Part shown: in pieces, positions 17,464-26,877 of the stretch
How positions within the stretch are numbered: position 1 is the first letter of the stretch
Layout of the letters: each line of letters opens with the position of its first letter
DNA from: Candidatus Aenigmatarchaeota archaeon
Lineage (GTDB): Archaea; Aenigmatarchaeota; Aenigmatarchaeia; QMZP01; QMZT01
Assembly: GCA_041489155.1 (NCBI GenBank)
Contig: JBGPQP010000005.1
Location: 17,812 to 81,811, forward strand
Reading direction: 5' to 3'
DNA: 64,000 nucleotides
Translations under genes and position numbers: made by a program
The notes under the pieces: model-generated
Told to the model about the DNA's origin: nothing
What the model saw: the letters and a program-made list of their open reading frames with translations, nothing else
The model's database searches: none

Positions 17464-19341
17464 TTAAAAGAACCAGCCTGCAATTTTTTCTGCAAATTTC
17501 GGATGCCTGACGGACCCGTCCCTTCCTTTATCCCTTCTGAAGTGTCTCTCAACGGTTTTATAACACCAAGGCTTTTCATAAGAACTCAGGCCGTTTTGAT
17601 GGTTGTACTCCCGAAAGGCCTCCTGAAAACCACGGAAGCCACTGCCATTACTTACATGTTCAGCGAAACCTATCGCAGACTCACTTAGCATTTTCCTCAT
17701 TTTTCTAACAGAGACTTTTCCGTTGATGCCAGGTAATTTATTTCCACCGAATATATGCCTTATATGGGCATTGTACTTGTCGGTTAGAACATCATTCTGT
17801 AAAGTTAACATTTCTCTGTACGATTGTGGATGTAGTTCTGATGGAAAGAACAGGTCGGGAGCGCGTTGATCAGCCTCCTTTATCAGGGCAGCCAGTTTTC
17901 TGCTTTTCGAATCATCTCTTTTCATGCCTCCGTAGTTTTTTGCAACAAAATTCACATTGTCCAGTATTTTTTCAACATCATCTTTCGTAGTGTCCCATCC
18001 GAGGCTTAACCTGGCGGTTCCTCTTATGTTTTCGCCGGTTATTTCTTTCAGCAGAGGATATGCGCAGTGGCAACCACTGCGCCCCTGTACCCTGTACCTA
18101 ACAGGTATGATTTTTCCTTCATATTTTCCATCAAGCAACATTGCCAGTTGGTCTGAGTGCATTTCGCCGATGTTTATGGAGAATGTCGGAACCCTGTCCT
18201 TTGGATTTCTTGGTCCGTACAATTTCAGGCCCGGTATGCTTCCAAGCCCTCTTACCATCTGCTCTGAAAGGGCCATTTCATGTTCCCTTACCCCCTCCAT
18301 GGCAATTCTCATGTACTTTCTCCTGTCGGTAGGGTTTTCAATCCTGCCTTTATGATCGTCGCCTGCGATTTTCTGGCCCATTTCAATCAGGAAATCGGTC
18401 ATTGCGCCAAGCCCTATGGCATTTCCTATGTCAGGCGTTCCGGCCTCGAACCTGTCTGGCACCGGGGCAAGGAAATAGCCGTCGGATTCTATATGCAACG
18501 GTGTGCCCCCGCCAATATCGGCAGGGCCCATTCTCTTGAGCAATTCCTTCCTTCCGTAAACTATGCCCACGTTTGGGGCAAACATTTTATGCGCAGACGC
18601 GACCCAGAAATCGCAATCCAGTTTTTTGACATCAACAGGCAAGTGCGGGGCGGCCTGTACGCCATCGACAATGACAACTGCCCCTTTCTCATGGGCCATT
18701 CTGTTTATCGTTCTTATATCGTCTATGGCTCCGGTAACGTTCGATACGTGTGTTACGGCCACGACTTTCGTGTTACCGTCTATGAGACTTTCTGCTTGGT
18801 TTAGGTCAGTGTCATAACCGGGTGTTATGCCTACCCATCTTAATTCATAGCCGTTCCTTCGTGCTTCGTCCATCAACGGCATAACATTTGAGCTGTGATT
18901 TATTTTTGAAAGAACAATGTTATCTTTGTCACTGCCATTTCCGTGTTTACTGTATTCTTCTTTGAACAAAGAATGGATTATCTGGTTCAAAGCCGCTGTT
19001 GCATTTTGCCCGACAAAAAGAATTTCACCTCTAGGATCGGCGCCGAAAAGATCAGCGACTTTCTCGTGCGCTTTGTCATATCTATCGCTGGCTTCCTGCG
19101 AACGTTGGTAAATGCCCCTGTGGACGTTTGCCTTTTTTATCGTGTTAAATTCGTCAACGGTTCTCTGTATGCGTTCCAGCATCGGTGTCGTTGCGGTGTG
19201 ATCACAATAAATATTGAGCCTGCCATTTTCCGTGTAGTTTAAGTTGCCGGACAATTCCGGTCTTACCATATCTGGTACGATGTCTGTATTGTATTTGTTC
19301 AGGCCAGCACTGCCACGTCCGACTTCCAAATTACTTGACAT
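17464..19341 (-). CDS. sufS: Cysteine desulfurase, SufS/CsdA (class II) type, with ~150-aa C-terminal extension
   Basis: ANVHRGIY, HVSNVTG, DGVQAAPH, PLP lysine SAHKM, FEAGTP, catalytic RSGCHCA. Confidence 0.85.
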   Translation of the reverse strand: MSSNLEVGRGSAGLNKYNTDIVPDMVRPELSGNLNYTENGRLNIYCDHTATTPMLERIQRTVDEFNTIKKANVHRGIYQRSQEASDRYDKAHEKVADLFGADPRGEILFVGQNATAALNQIIHSLFKEEYSKHGNGSDKDNIVLSKINHSSNVMPLMDEARRNGYELRWVGITPGYDTDLNQAESLIDGNTKVVAVTHVSNVTGAIDDIRTINRMAHEKGAVVIVDGVQAAPHLPVDVKKLDCDFWVASAHKMFAPNVGIVYGRKELLKRMGPADIGGGTPLHIESDGYFLAPVPDRFEAGTPDIGNAIGLGAMTDFLIEMGQKIAGDDHKGRIENPTDRRKYMRIAMEGVREHEMALSEQMVRGLGSIPGLKLYGPRNPKDRVPTFSINIGEMHSDQLAMLLDGKYEGKIIPVRYRVQGRSGCHCAYPLLKEITGENIRGTARLSLGWDTTKDDVEKILDNVNFVAKNYGGMKRDDSKSRKLAALIKEADQRAPDLFFPSELHPQSYREMLTLQNDVLTDKYNAHIRHIFGGNKLPGINGKVSVRKMRKMLSESAIGFAEHVSNGSGFRGFQEAFREYNHQNGLSSYEKPWCYKTVERHFRRDKGRDGSVRHPKFAEKIAGWFF

Positions 19342-19403
19342 TTTACCACTATTTAATAATAACATTTGGGTATTTAAATACCTTTCTGCCAGCTATCCGG
19401 ATG

Positions 19404-19811
19404 TTAGAACGTCATCGTGGTGTTTGCGTTTGTCGTTATCTCCAGGAACTCAGCCGCACCGACTTCCTTGTCCACGACTTCTATGAAATCGCTCATCTTC
19501 AGGCCGAATGCAGCCATAGTCGTCTTGCAGGCGTATATCTTTGCTCCCATCGATTTGGCCTGTTTTATCATTTCCTGTACAGGCGGTATGTTCATTTCCT
19601 TGAATCTTTGCGGAAGCATTTTTTCGTAGCTCTTGTAATCACTTCCCATCTTCAGGTCAGCGTTTTTCTTGATCGCATTTATCCCGAAGAACGAGAAGAA
19701 TATATGCGTCTTCATATTCATCGATGCCGCGGTCATGCCGAATATCATCGCTGAATACACCCTTTCTAACGTATCACCAGTTACGATGATTGCAACTGTT
19801 TTTGCCATCAC
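19404..19811 (-). CDS. DsrE/DsrF/DrsH-like sulfur-transfer protein
   Basis: FFSFFG, KIYACKTTM, VGAAEFL motifs. Confidence 0.85.
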   Translation of the reverse strand: MMAKTVAIIVTGDTLERVYSAMIFGMTAASMNMKTHIFFSFFGINAIKKNADLKMGSDYKSYEKMLPQRFKEMNIPPVQEMIKQAKSMGAKIYACKTTMAAFGLKMSDFIEVVDKEVGAAEFLEITTNANTTMTF

Positions 19812-19820
19812 ACATCCCTC

Positions 19821-20123
19821 CTATTCCGTCTTCAACAGTTCGTGTATTATTCTCAGTTTTTCGATGTCTATCGGCCATGCAATGTACGTGTTTCCTAGCT
19901 TTTTCATTTCAATGAGATCAATGGTTTTGAGTTTTCTGAAATGGTAGAGATATTTGGCCGACAGGCTTTTGTTTTTTCCATTCTCTCCCAATTCATTTGC
20001 GACTTCGGTTGGATTCGCTGGCCATTTGGAGCAGATGATTTTGAAGACCCTCAGCGTTAAGTCGCTAATATTCATTTCTTTTCTGTTTCTGTCGCTGATT
20101 ATCCCTTCTGCTCCGGTTGGCAT
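19821..20123 (-). CDS. Winged-HTH transcriptional regulator
   Basis: NPTEVANELG...YHFRKLKTIDLIEMKKLG pattern; divergent from cysK. Confidence 0.7.
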   Translation of the reverse strand: MPTGAEGIISDRNRKEMNISDLTLRVFKIICSKWPANPTEVANELGENGKNKSLSAKYLYHFRKLKTIDLIEMKKLGNTYIAWPIDIEKLRIIHELLKTE

Positions 20124-20130
20124 ATTTAAA

Positions 20131-20177
20131 GAATATTCCAAAACCTATATAAATGTTTATTATGGAATATTCCAAAA
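20131..20177. promoter_or_regulatory. Putative operator: perfect 12-bp palindrome TGGAATATTCCA (20163-20174) and 13-bp direct repeat GAATATTCCAAAA (20131-20143, 20165-20177)
   Basis: Seen directly; flanks TATATAAA between the divergent regulator and cysK. Confidence 0.6.
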
Positions 20178-20216
20178 TAAATTTAAAAAATTAACTGCCA
20201 TAGCTTAGTGGGAATT

Positions 20217-21137
20217 ATGGCAAAATACAGCATTTTGGATGCGATTGGAAATACGCCACTGGTAGAATTGATTAATTTAAACGGGCAGCCTGGAATTAGA
20301 ATTTTAGGTAAATACGAGGCACGCAATCCCGGCGGCTCGGTAAAAGATCGCCCAGCTTATTATATGATAAAAGAGGCAGAAGAAAATGGAGAACTCACCA
20401 AAGATAAGACAATCCTTGAACCGACGTCGGGTAACACGGGTATCGCCTTGGCGATGATAGGGGCTGCAAAAGGATACAGAGTTAAACTCCTGATGCCGGA
20501 GTGTGTTAGCAGCGAGAGGCGCAAGATCCTTGAAGCCCTAGGCGCAGAAGTTATACTCACACCCGGGGAAAAGGGTACAGATGGAGCTATCAGGAAAGCA
20601 CATCAGATTCTCGAAGAGGATCCGGATAAGTATTATATGCCCGATCAGTTCAAGAATAAAAACAATATCCTATCCCACTATGAAACAACCGGCCCTGAGA
20701 TATTCTCCCAAACCGATGGGTCTATTGACATATTCGTTGCCGGCATGGGGACAACAGGAACGCTGATGGGTGTGAGCAGATACCTGAAAGAGAGAAAACC
20801 GGGAATAAAGATTATTGGAGTCGAACCCCGAATTGGACACAAGATTCAGGGGCTTAAAAATATGGAGGAGTCCATAATTCCTGGCATATACAATCCAAGG
20901 GCATTAGATGAGAGAATAAGAATTGATGACGAAGAGGCTTTCGAAATGGCAAGATTACTGGCAAGAAAAGAGGGGATATTTGTTGGCATGTCAAGTGGCG
21001 CAGCCGTGGCAGGCGCAAAGAAGATAGCGAGAGATGCAGGCAAGGGCACAACTGTTGTTGCGCTACTGCCTGATGGCGGAGAACGTTACTTGAGTACGAC
21101 GCTGTTCAGGTCAATCTGTGCGAAGTGCCCTCCATAA
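20217..21137 (+). CDS. cysK: Cysteine synthase (O-acetylserine sulfhydrylase, CysK/CysM family)
   Basis: NPGGSVKDR, EPTSGNTG, GMGTTGT, GMSSGA, PDGGERYLST; C-terminal CAKCPP. Confidence 0.9.
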   Translation: MAKYSILDAIGNTPLVELINLNGQPGIRILGKYEARNPGGSVKDRPAYYMIKEAEENGELTKDKTILEPTSGNTGIALAMIGAAKGYRVKLLMPECVSSERRKILEALGAEVILTPGEKGTDGAIRKAHQILEEDPDKYYMPDQFKNKNNILSHYETTGPEIFSQTDGSIDIFVAGMGTTGTLMGVSRYLKERKPGIKIIGVEPRIGHKIQGLKNMEESIIPGIYNPRALDERIRIDDEEAFEMARLLARKEGIFVGMSSGAAVAGAKKIARDAGKGTTVVALLPDGGERYLSTTLFRSICAKCPP

Positions 21138-21197
21138 ATAAACATATGTTTCTTTTTACTGAACGAATTTTTATAACATAAAGCAGAATATATTATC

Positions 21198-21833
21198 ATG
21201 GGCTGGAAGGGGAATAGGAAAGCGCAAACTGAAGCCATAACGCTAGTTCTTATATCGGGCATCGTAATCGCCCTCGTCGGCTTCGCCTACACGTGGGGCA
21301 GGCCCATGATAGACAAGCGCTCGACCGTTTCGCAGTTTACTTCCGCGGTCAAATTCATGGAGGACCTCGACAAGAAAATCGTCGGCATGGCCGGCTCCTG
21401 CTCCTTCGAGGGCGCGTGCGAGGAGACGCTCGTCCTCCCTGTCGCCGGGGTTATAGCGATAGACGAGGCCAATAACACCATCACCTATACCGTCCAGGTC
21501 ACGCAGCCGCTGATAACGAAGGGCGAAGTCCTGTTCAACACGGCCGACAACGCGTCCGTCGCGAGGTACGGCGAAACGCCCGGAGTCATAAGCCTGCGCG
21601 GCGAAAGCCAGCCGGGGCAGCAGGCCATATACAATCTCGTATTCTCGCTGCGCTACAGAGAGCTGGACAGCGACGAGCCTTGGAAAGGGTACAAAATCCA
21701 GCTTCTCGAGACCCAGAAAAAAAGCGGCAACAACAAAATCATTTTTTCGTACAGCGGGCCTGAGACGCAGCAGGGCCAGGCCAGGAATAACGGCGACCTC
21801 ATTGTTTCTAAAATAAAAGTGCAGCCGCTATGA
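21198..21833 (+). CDS. Type IV pilin-like protein (class III signal peptide)
   Basis: RKA/QTEAITLVLISGIVIALVG; next to pilus ATPase. Confidence 0.75.
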   Translation: MGWKGNRKAQTEAITLVLISGIVIALVGFAYTWGRPMIDKRSTVSQFTSAVKFMEDLDKKIVGMAGSCSFEGACEETLVLPVAGVIAIDEANNTITYTVQVTQPLITKGEVLFNTADNASVARYGETPGVISLRGESQPGQQAIYNLVFSLRYRELDSDEPWKGYKIQLLETQKKSGNNKIIFSYSGPETQQGQARNNGDLIVSKIKVQPL

Positions 21834-21853
21834 GGGCGAAGGGAGCGAAGCGC

Positions 21854-22282
21854 ATGAAACGCAAGGGACAGATGATGGTTTTCGAGCAGGTCCTGCTCTT
21901 CACCATAGGCGTCATCATTCTTATGACGTCATTCACGCTTTTCGCGATGTACCAGAGCTTCTATCTTTCCTCCACATCCCAGGACCATCTCACGGAGGTA
22001 AAGGAATATGTGCTTTCCAGCATAATCATGCTTTCGGAGAACAGTGAGGCGAATTCCTCAGTCGTTCTCTCCATACCCAAAACGATAGGCAACAAATTCT
22101 ACAGGCTGCGCCTCTCGCCCGAAGGCCTCAATGTTACACAGGAACCTGAAGGCCATCTCGAGGCTTTCTCGAGGCTCCACGGGCTCAACACCACCTTTGC
22201 TTTCTCGGGGAGGGTCGACAGCGACCTGGGAAAAGTTGTGCTCTACAAATACGGCAACTCAATCGTTCTTGATGCGAAATAA
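21854..22282 (+). CDS. Type IV pilin-like protein (class III signal peptide)
   Basis: KRKG/QMMVFEQVLLFTIGVIIL; start could also be 21830. Confidence 0.75.
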   Translation: MKRKGQMMVFEQVLLFTIGVIILMTSFTLFAMYQSFYLSSTSQDHLTEVKEYVLSSIIMLSENSEANSSVVLSIPKTIGNKFYRLRLSPEGLNVTQEPEGHLEAFSRLHGLNTTFAFSGRVDSDLGKVVLYKYGNSIVLDAK

Positions 22283-22364
22283 GCGCATGAATCCTATAAT
22301 TTATAAGAGAAGGAATTCAATTATTATACGATATAACCTTATTTAGCGAGGGGCGCGGGGTTTT

Positions 22365-24155
22365 ATGAAGGTAAAAAAATTCAGGGTCTCGAAAACGCCT
22401 GCAAAGAATGAAAAGCCGGGCCAGCCTGCAAGGAAGATAATTAAAAGGCTGAAGCACGGCTACCTCATGCAGAAGGAGATGAAGGGAACACCTTACAGGG
22501 AAACGTTCGTTTTCTCCCATACGGAAAGAACACCTTCATCGCCGTCTGCCGTTGCGCCAGTTGTAGCTCCGATAATAATAAAGGAGACGCCGGGCATACA
22601 GATGGTAATCCCCAAGGAGCCCGCTCCTCTTACGACGCCGCTTTCGAGCGAGGAAAAGGAGATGCTCAGGAACATAAACATAACCTATCCCCTGATCCCC
22701 GACAAGCCTGGAAAGAACGAGAGGGTTTATGCATATGCGAGGGTCAAATGGGAGCCCAGACAGAACGAGGTAGTTTATTCCGTCATAGAACCTTACATCA
22801 CCGACAAGGACAAGGAAGTAATAGAATACGTCAAGAAAGAGCTTGAAGAACGCCTGGACATCGATTTCATGAGGCTCGGGGAAATCCGCGCCAAAGAGCT
22901 GCTGGTCAATGAGATAAGGAACATAATATCGAGAATCAAATATCCTGACCAGGGCAAGGTGGACGTAATCAGATATTATGTGCAGAGGGATATCATAGGT
23001 CTCGGAAAAATAGAACCGATGATAAGGGACAAGGACATAGAAGACATATCATGCGACGGCGATAGGATACCGCTTTATATTTACCACCGCAATCCCCTTC
23101 TCGGCTCAGTGGTGAGCAATGTCGTTTTCGGTAACACGGACGATCTTGACACGTTCGTGATGAAGCTTTCGCAGAAATGCGGCAAGTCGATTTCAGTCGC
23201 CGAGCCGCTCGTAGAGGGCTCGCTGCCGGACGGCTCCAGGGTCCACGCGACGCTAGGAACTGACATCGCTCGTCGCGGCTCGAATTTCACCATACGCAAG
23301 TTCACGAAAGCGCCTCTAACGCCTGTCCACATGCTTGAATACGGCACGATGGATTCGACGCAGCTCGCATATCTATGGCTGGCGATAGAGAACAGGAAGT
23401 CCATCCTCATCTCAGGAGGGACGGCGTCAGGCAAAACCTCGCTTCTCAACGCCCTGTCGCTCTTCATCAGACCGAGCATGAAAATCGTCTCCATTGAAGA
23501 CACGCCTGAGCTGAACCTGCCGCACCCGCACTGGGTTCCCGAGGTGGCGAGGACGCCGATATCCGAGGGCAAGAAAGCGGGAGAAGTCAGCCTTTTCGAC
23601 CTGCTCAAATCGTCCCTGAGACAGAGGCCCGATTACATAATCGTCGGAGAGGTCAGGGGCATGGAAGCTTACGTTTTGTTCCAGCAAATCGCTACAGGTC
23701 ACGCAGGCCTTGCAACCATACACGCGGCGAACCTGCCGCAGCTTATCGACAGGCTCACAACTCCGCCAATCAGCCTTCCACCCAGCCTGATACAGAACCT
23801 TGACATACTGATTTTCCTTCTGCAGGTGAAGTCAAGGGACCGCTACGTAAGGAGGGTAAACCAGATACTAGAGGTTACAGGCCTCAAGGGAGACAAGCCG
23901 TCAACGATCGAAATTTTCAGGTGGAAGCCGGTCGACGACAAGTTCGAGGCGATCGAGAAGAGCCAGACGCTTGAGCATATCGCCAGATCCATCGGCCTTA
24001 CCGAGACAAGCCTGAGGGAGGAGATGAGAACGAGAAAAGGCATCCTTGAATGGATGTGGGAGAGGCGGATGTTCGATTACAGGGAAGTTGCTAACATAAT
24101 AACAGGTTATTACTCCAATCCGGAGAGGATAATCGGCCTTGTGGAAGGGTTTTAA
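22365..24155 (+). CDS. Type IV pilus/secretion assembly ATPase (ArlI/PilB/CpaF family)
   Basis: IEDISCDG, FTIRKF, Walker A GGTASGKT, SIEDTPE, RQRPDYIIVGEVRG, TGH...TIHA. Confidence 0.95.
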   Translation: MKVKKFRVSKTPAKNEKPGQPARKIIKRLKHGYLMQKEMKGTPYRETFVFSHTERTPSSPSAVAPVVAPIIIKETPGIQMVIPKEPAPLTTPLSSEEKEMLRNINITYPLIPDKPGKNERVYAYARVKWEPRQNEVVYSVIEPYITDKDKEVIEYVKKELEERLDIDFMRLGEIRAKELLVNEIRNIISRIKYPDQGKVDVIRYYVQRDIIGLGKIEPMIRDKDIEDISCDGDRIPLYIYHRNPLLGSVVSNVVFGNTDDLDTFVMKLSQKCGKSISVAEPLVEGSLPDGSRVHATLGTDIARRGSNFTIRKFTKAPLTPVHMLEYGTMDSTQLAYLWLAIENRKSILISGGTASGKTSLLNALSLFIRPSMKIVSIEDTPELNLPHPHWVPEVARTPISEGKKAGEVSLFDLLKSSLRQRPDYIIVGEVRGMEAYVLFQQIATGHAGLATIHAANLPQLIDRLTTPPISLPPSLIQNLDILIFLLQVKSRDRYVRRVNQILEVTGLKGDKPSTIEIFRWKPVDDKFEAIEKSQTLEHIARSIGLTETSLREEMRTRKGILEWMWERRMFDYREVANIITGYYSNPERIIGLVEGF

Positions 24156-24200
24156 GGCGATTGGTTCTCCGGTTTTGCAACACATGAGCAAGGGTTCAGC

Positions 24201-25049
24201 ATGATTGAAAAATTATCTCACAGGCTTTTCGGAAAACTGGTTGATTCGTATTCTGACTATTTTGACGCCCTGGGCGCGCAGCTCAAGCAGGCAGGCATGA
24301 AGTACACGGTGGAGGAATATGTTTCGATGGTTTTATTTTATTCGCTCTTGAGCTTCGTGGTAGTAATACTAGCCGGGTCGTTTTACATCACCATCACGAC
24401 AACCCACGCCTTCTATTCCTACACGCTTTCGATAATTTTGTCCTTCGCCGCCACGGCAGGCGTGTTCTTCTTCGGCTACTACTATCCGAACATGAGGGCA
24501 AAGGGCCTGCAGGGCAAAATAAACAAGACCCTGCCTTTCACCACGATATACATGTCGACGGTCGCCGCGTCGGACATGAACCCCGCCGATCTCTTCAAGG
24601 TGGTTTCGCTCAGAGGAGGGGAGATTGGCAAGGAATGCGAGAGGGTATACAGGGACATACATATGCTCGGCATGGACGTGACGACGGCGATAACCAAGGC
24701 AGCCAACCGCACGCCGTCAGCGAAATTCTCGGAGCTGCTGTGGGGCATGCTCTCGGTTATAAGAAGGGGCGGCGACGTCGGCGAATACCTGAGCGACAAG
24801 TCAAAGGAGCACATGGCCGATTACAGACGCTCGCTGAACGATTACTCGAAGCAGATAAGCTTCTACACGGAAATTTACATAACACTTATAATCGTCGGAA
24901 CGCTGTTCTTCATCGTGCTCTCGTCAATAATGTCGCCCCTAGTCGGAGGGGACATACTTATGATGCAGACCTTCCTGGTGTTTTTCTTCATACCCGCGGT
25001 TTCATCCGGGTTCCTCGTGCTGCTGAAGAGCCTATCGCCAACGGAGTGA
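24201..25049 (+). CDS. Type IV pilus membrane platform protein (TadC/T2SS F domain)
   Basis: TM pair, T2SSF-like RTPSAKFSELL...GGD, C-terminal TMs; follows the ATPase. Confidence 0.85.
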   Translation: MIEKLSHRLFGKLVDSYSDYFDALGAQLKQAGMKYTVEEYVSMVLFYSLLSFVVVILAGSFYITITTTHAFYSYTLSIILSFAATAGVFFFGYYYPNMRAKGLQGKINKTLPFTTIYMSTVAASDMNPADLFKVVSLRGGEIGKECERVYRDIHMLGMDVTTAITKAANRTPSAKFSELLWGMLSVIRRGGDVGEYLSDKSKEHMADYRRSLNDYSKQISFYTEIYITLIIVGTLFFIVLSSIMSPLVGGDILMMQTFLVFFFIPAVSSGFLVLLKSLSPTE

Positions 25050-25053
25050 TGTC

Positions 25054-25983
25054 ATGGAAAGGGAAAGAAAAATCGTGCTGGTCTCAATCATGGTCGCCGT
25101 CTTACTCATAACCACGTTCGCCTTCCTCACCCAGGACACAGGCATCATCGTGAACGTCAGCGTGATTGCAATGTTCATCGTCATCACGCCCATTTTCCTC
25201 ATAAAATACACGGAATTCCTGTGGATAAAATCCATAGAAAAGGAGTTCCCCGCCTTCATACGCGACGTCGCAGGCCTGAAGCGTTCGGGCATAACGCTTT
25301 CCGAGGCCATAAAGATGACGACAAAAAACAACTACGGCAAGCTCACACCCGAAGTCCAGAAATTCTCCAACCGCCTGTCGTGGGGCGTCCACTTCACCCG
25401 CGCGCTTGACATTTTCGGGAAAAGATTCAAGGCCTCGAAACTGATAGCAGAGGTTCTGAGCATACTCAAGGAGTCGTATCTCTCCGGAGGCAACATCGCC
25501 ATCACCCTTGATTCGCTGTCGAGAGACATGGTGATGCTGAAAGAGATAGACGAGGAGCGAAAATCGATAGTCCGCCAGCACGTCATGATAATGTACGGCA
25601 TATTCTTCATGTTCGTGGCAATATCCATCGCGATAATTATCGTCCTCATACCGATGATGAGCCAGACGCAGACCGGAACAACAGGCGTCACGTCGCCGCT
25701 GGTCCTGGCCTTCAACAACCCCTGCGACAAGTTCTACATAATCTTCCCGTGCGCGTATTTCGACGTTGTTTGCAGCTCTTTCTCAGTTGCGGCGGGCATA
25801 GGATGCTATTATTTCGCGCTGTTCTTCACCGTCCTCCTGATACAGGCGTTTTTCATGGGCCTGATATCCGGACAGCTCGGAGAAAACTCGATTATCGCTG
25901 GCGTCAAGCACTCGCTCATAATGCTGGCAGCGGTCTTCATAATATTCATGTTCATGATAAGAAGCGGCTTTCTCCCCGTCTAA
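25054..25983 (+). CDS. Second membrane platform protein (TadB/C, T2SS F domain)
   Basis: FPAFIRDV...SGITL..A...YGKLTPEV...SWG; GLISGQLGE..GVKH. Confidence 0.85.
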   Translation: MERERKIVLVSIMVAVLLITTFAFLTQDTGIIVNVSVIAMFIVITPIFLIKYTEFLWIKSIEKEFPAFIRDVAGLKRSGITLSEAIKMTTKNNYGKLTPEVQKFSNRLSWGVHFTRALDIFGKRFKASKLIAEVLSILKESYLSGGNIAITLDSLSRDMVMLKEIDEERKSIVRQHVMIMYGIFFMFVAISIAIIIVLIPMMSQTQTGTTGVTSPLVLAFNNPCDKFYIIFPCAYFDVVCSSFSVAAGIGCYYFALFFTVLLIQAFFMGLISGQLGENSIIAGVKHSLIMLAAVFIIFMFMIRSGFLPV

Positions 25984-26029
25984 CGCCTTCGCTAGCCGGC
26001 TTATATAAAAGAGCGCTTCAATAAAAACT

Positions 26030-26869
26030 ATGGACTTCATAAACGAGTATTTTCTGAATCCCATCCTCTCGAATGGCTGGTTCAACCCGGTCAATTCGAT
26101 AGCATACGGCGTAATACTCGTAATCGCGGTTTATGGCGTTTTCAAGATGCTAAGAAAGATGAAGATACGCATAGACCGCAAATTTCTTTATGCGATTATC
26201 CCTTTCATCCTGTGGGGCTCTAGCACGCGGGTCCTGCATGACGCCGCGTATTACGGAGCGCTCACAGGAGCGCTGGGCGACTTTTATTCGCTTCCCGTAT
26301 TCCCGACTCCAGGCTCGTATTTCATCACGTTCACGCTTGCGCTAATCGTGCTTGTGATATCCATAGCCATACAGAAATACGCCGGGTTCCCTTACTGGAA
26401 AATCATGCTAGTCGCAGGCGTGGCGCTTGACATCATAAACTTTGCATTGATGCCGAGATTTTATTTCATCCCCATGCTGATGATTCTGGGAATAACCGCC
26501 CTGTGGATTGCGTTGTTCCTGCTACTGTACAAATTCTCGGAGAAGACGGGCTTCGCAATACTGAAACAGGTTTTCACCCTTGAGAACTCAGCAATCCTTT
26601 CCGCGCACATGCTCGATGCCAGCGCGACCTATGTCGCTCTCGCTTTTTTCGGCTACGCGGAGCAGCATCCCCTGCCGAGATTCCTGATAGACATGAGCAA
26701 CCCGGCGGCGATGTTCCTGCTGAAGCTCGTGGTCCTTATTCCAGTGCTTTACGTCATCGACCGCTATTCGGAGAAAGGGGAGTTCAGGAACTTCCTGAAA
26801 ATAGTGATATTCATCCTTGGTCTGGCGCCAGGTTTAAGGGATGCGATACGCCTTATGGTCGGCGTCTAG
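26030..26869 (+). CDS. DUF63 family membrane protein
   Basis: GWFNPVNS, RVLHD, TPG, AHMLDASAT, YAEQH, LGLAPGLRD motifs. Confidence 0.8.
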   Translation: MDFINEYFLNPILSNGWFNPVNSIAYGVILVIAVYGVFKMLRKMKIRIDRKFLYAIIPFILWGSSTRVLHDAAYYGALTGALGDFYSLPVFPTPGSYFITFTLALIVLVISIAIQKYAGFPYWKIMLVAGVALDIINFALMPRFYFIPMLMILGITALWIALFLLLYKFSEKTGFAILKQVFTLENSAILSAHMLDASATYVALAFFGYAEQHPLPRFLIDMSNPAAMFLLKLVVLIPVLYVIDRYSEKGEFRNFLKIVIFILGLAPGLRDAIRLMVGV

Positions 26870-26877
26870 AAGCATTA

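Noticed and set aside
16080..21190. Sulfur island as a mobile element
   Set aside because: No integrase, transposase, flanking direct repeats or adjacent tRNA seen; only a compositional impression
21198..25983. Archaellum operon
   Set aside because: No recognisable archaellin or ArlF/G/H; two separate TadB/C-like genes fit a pilus better
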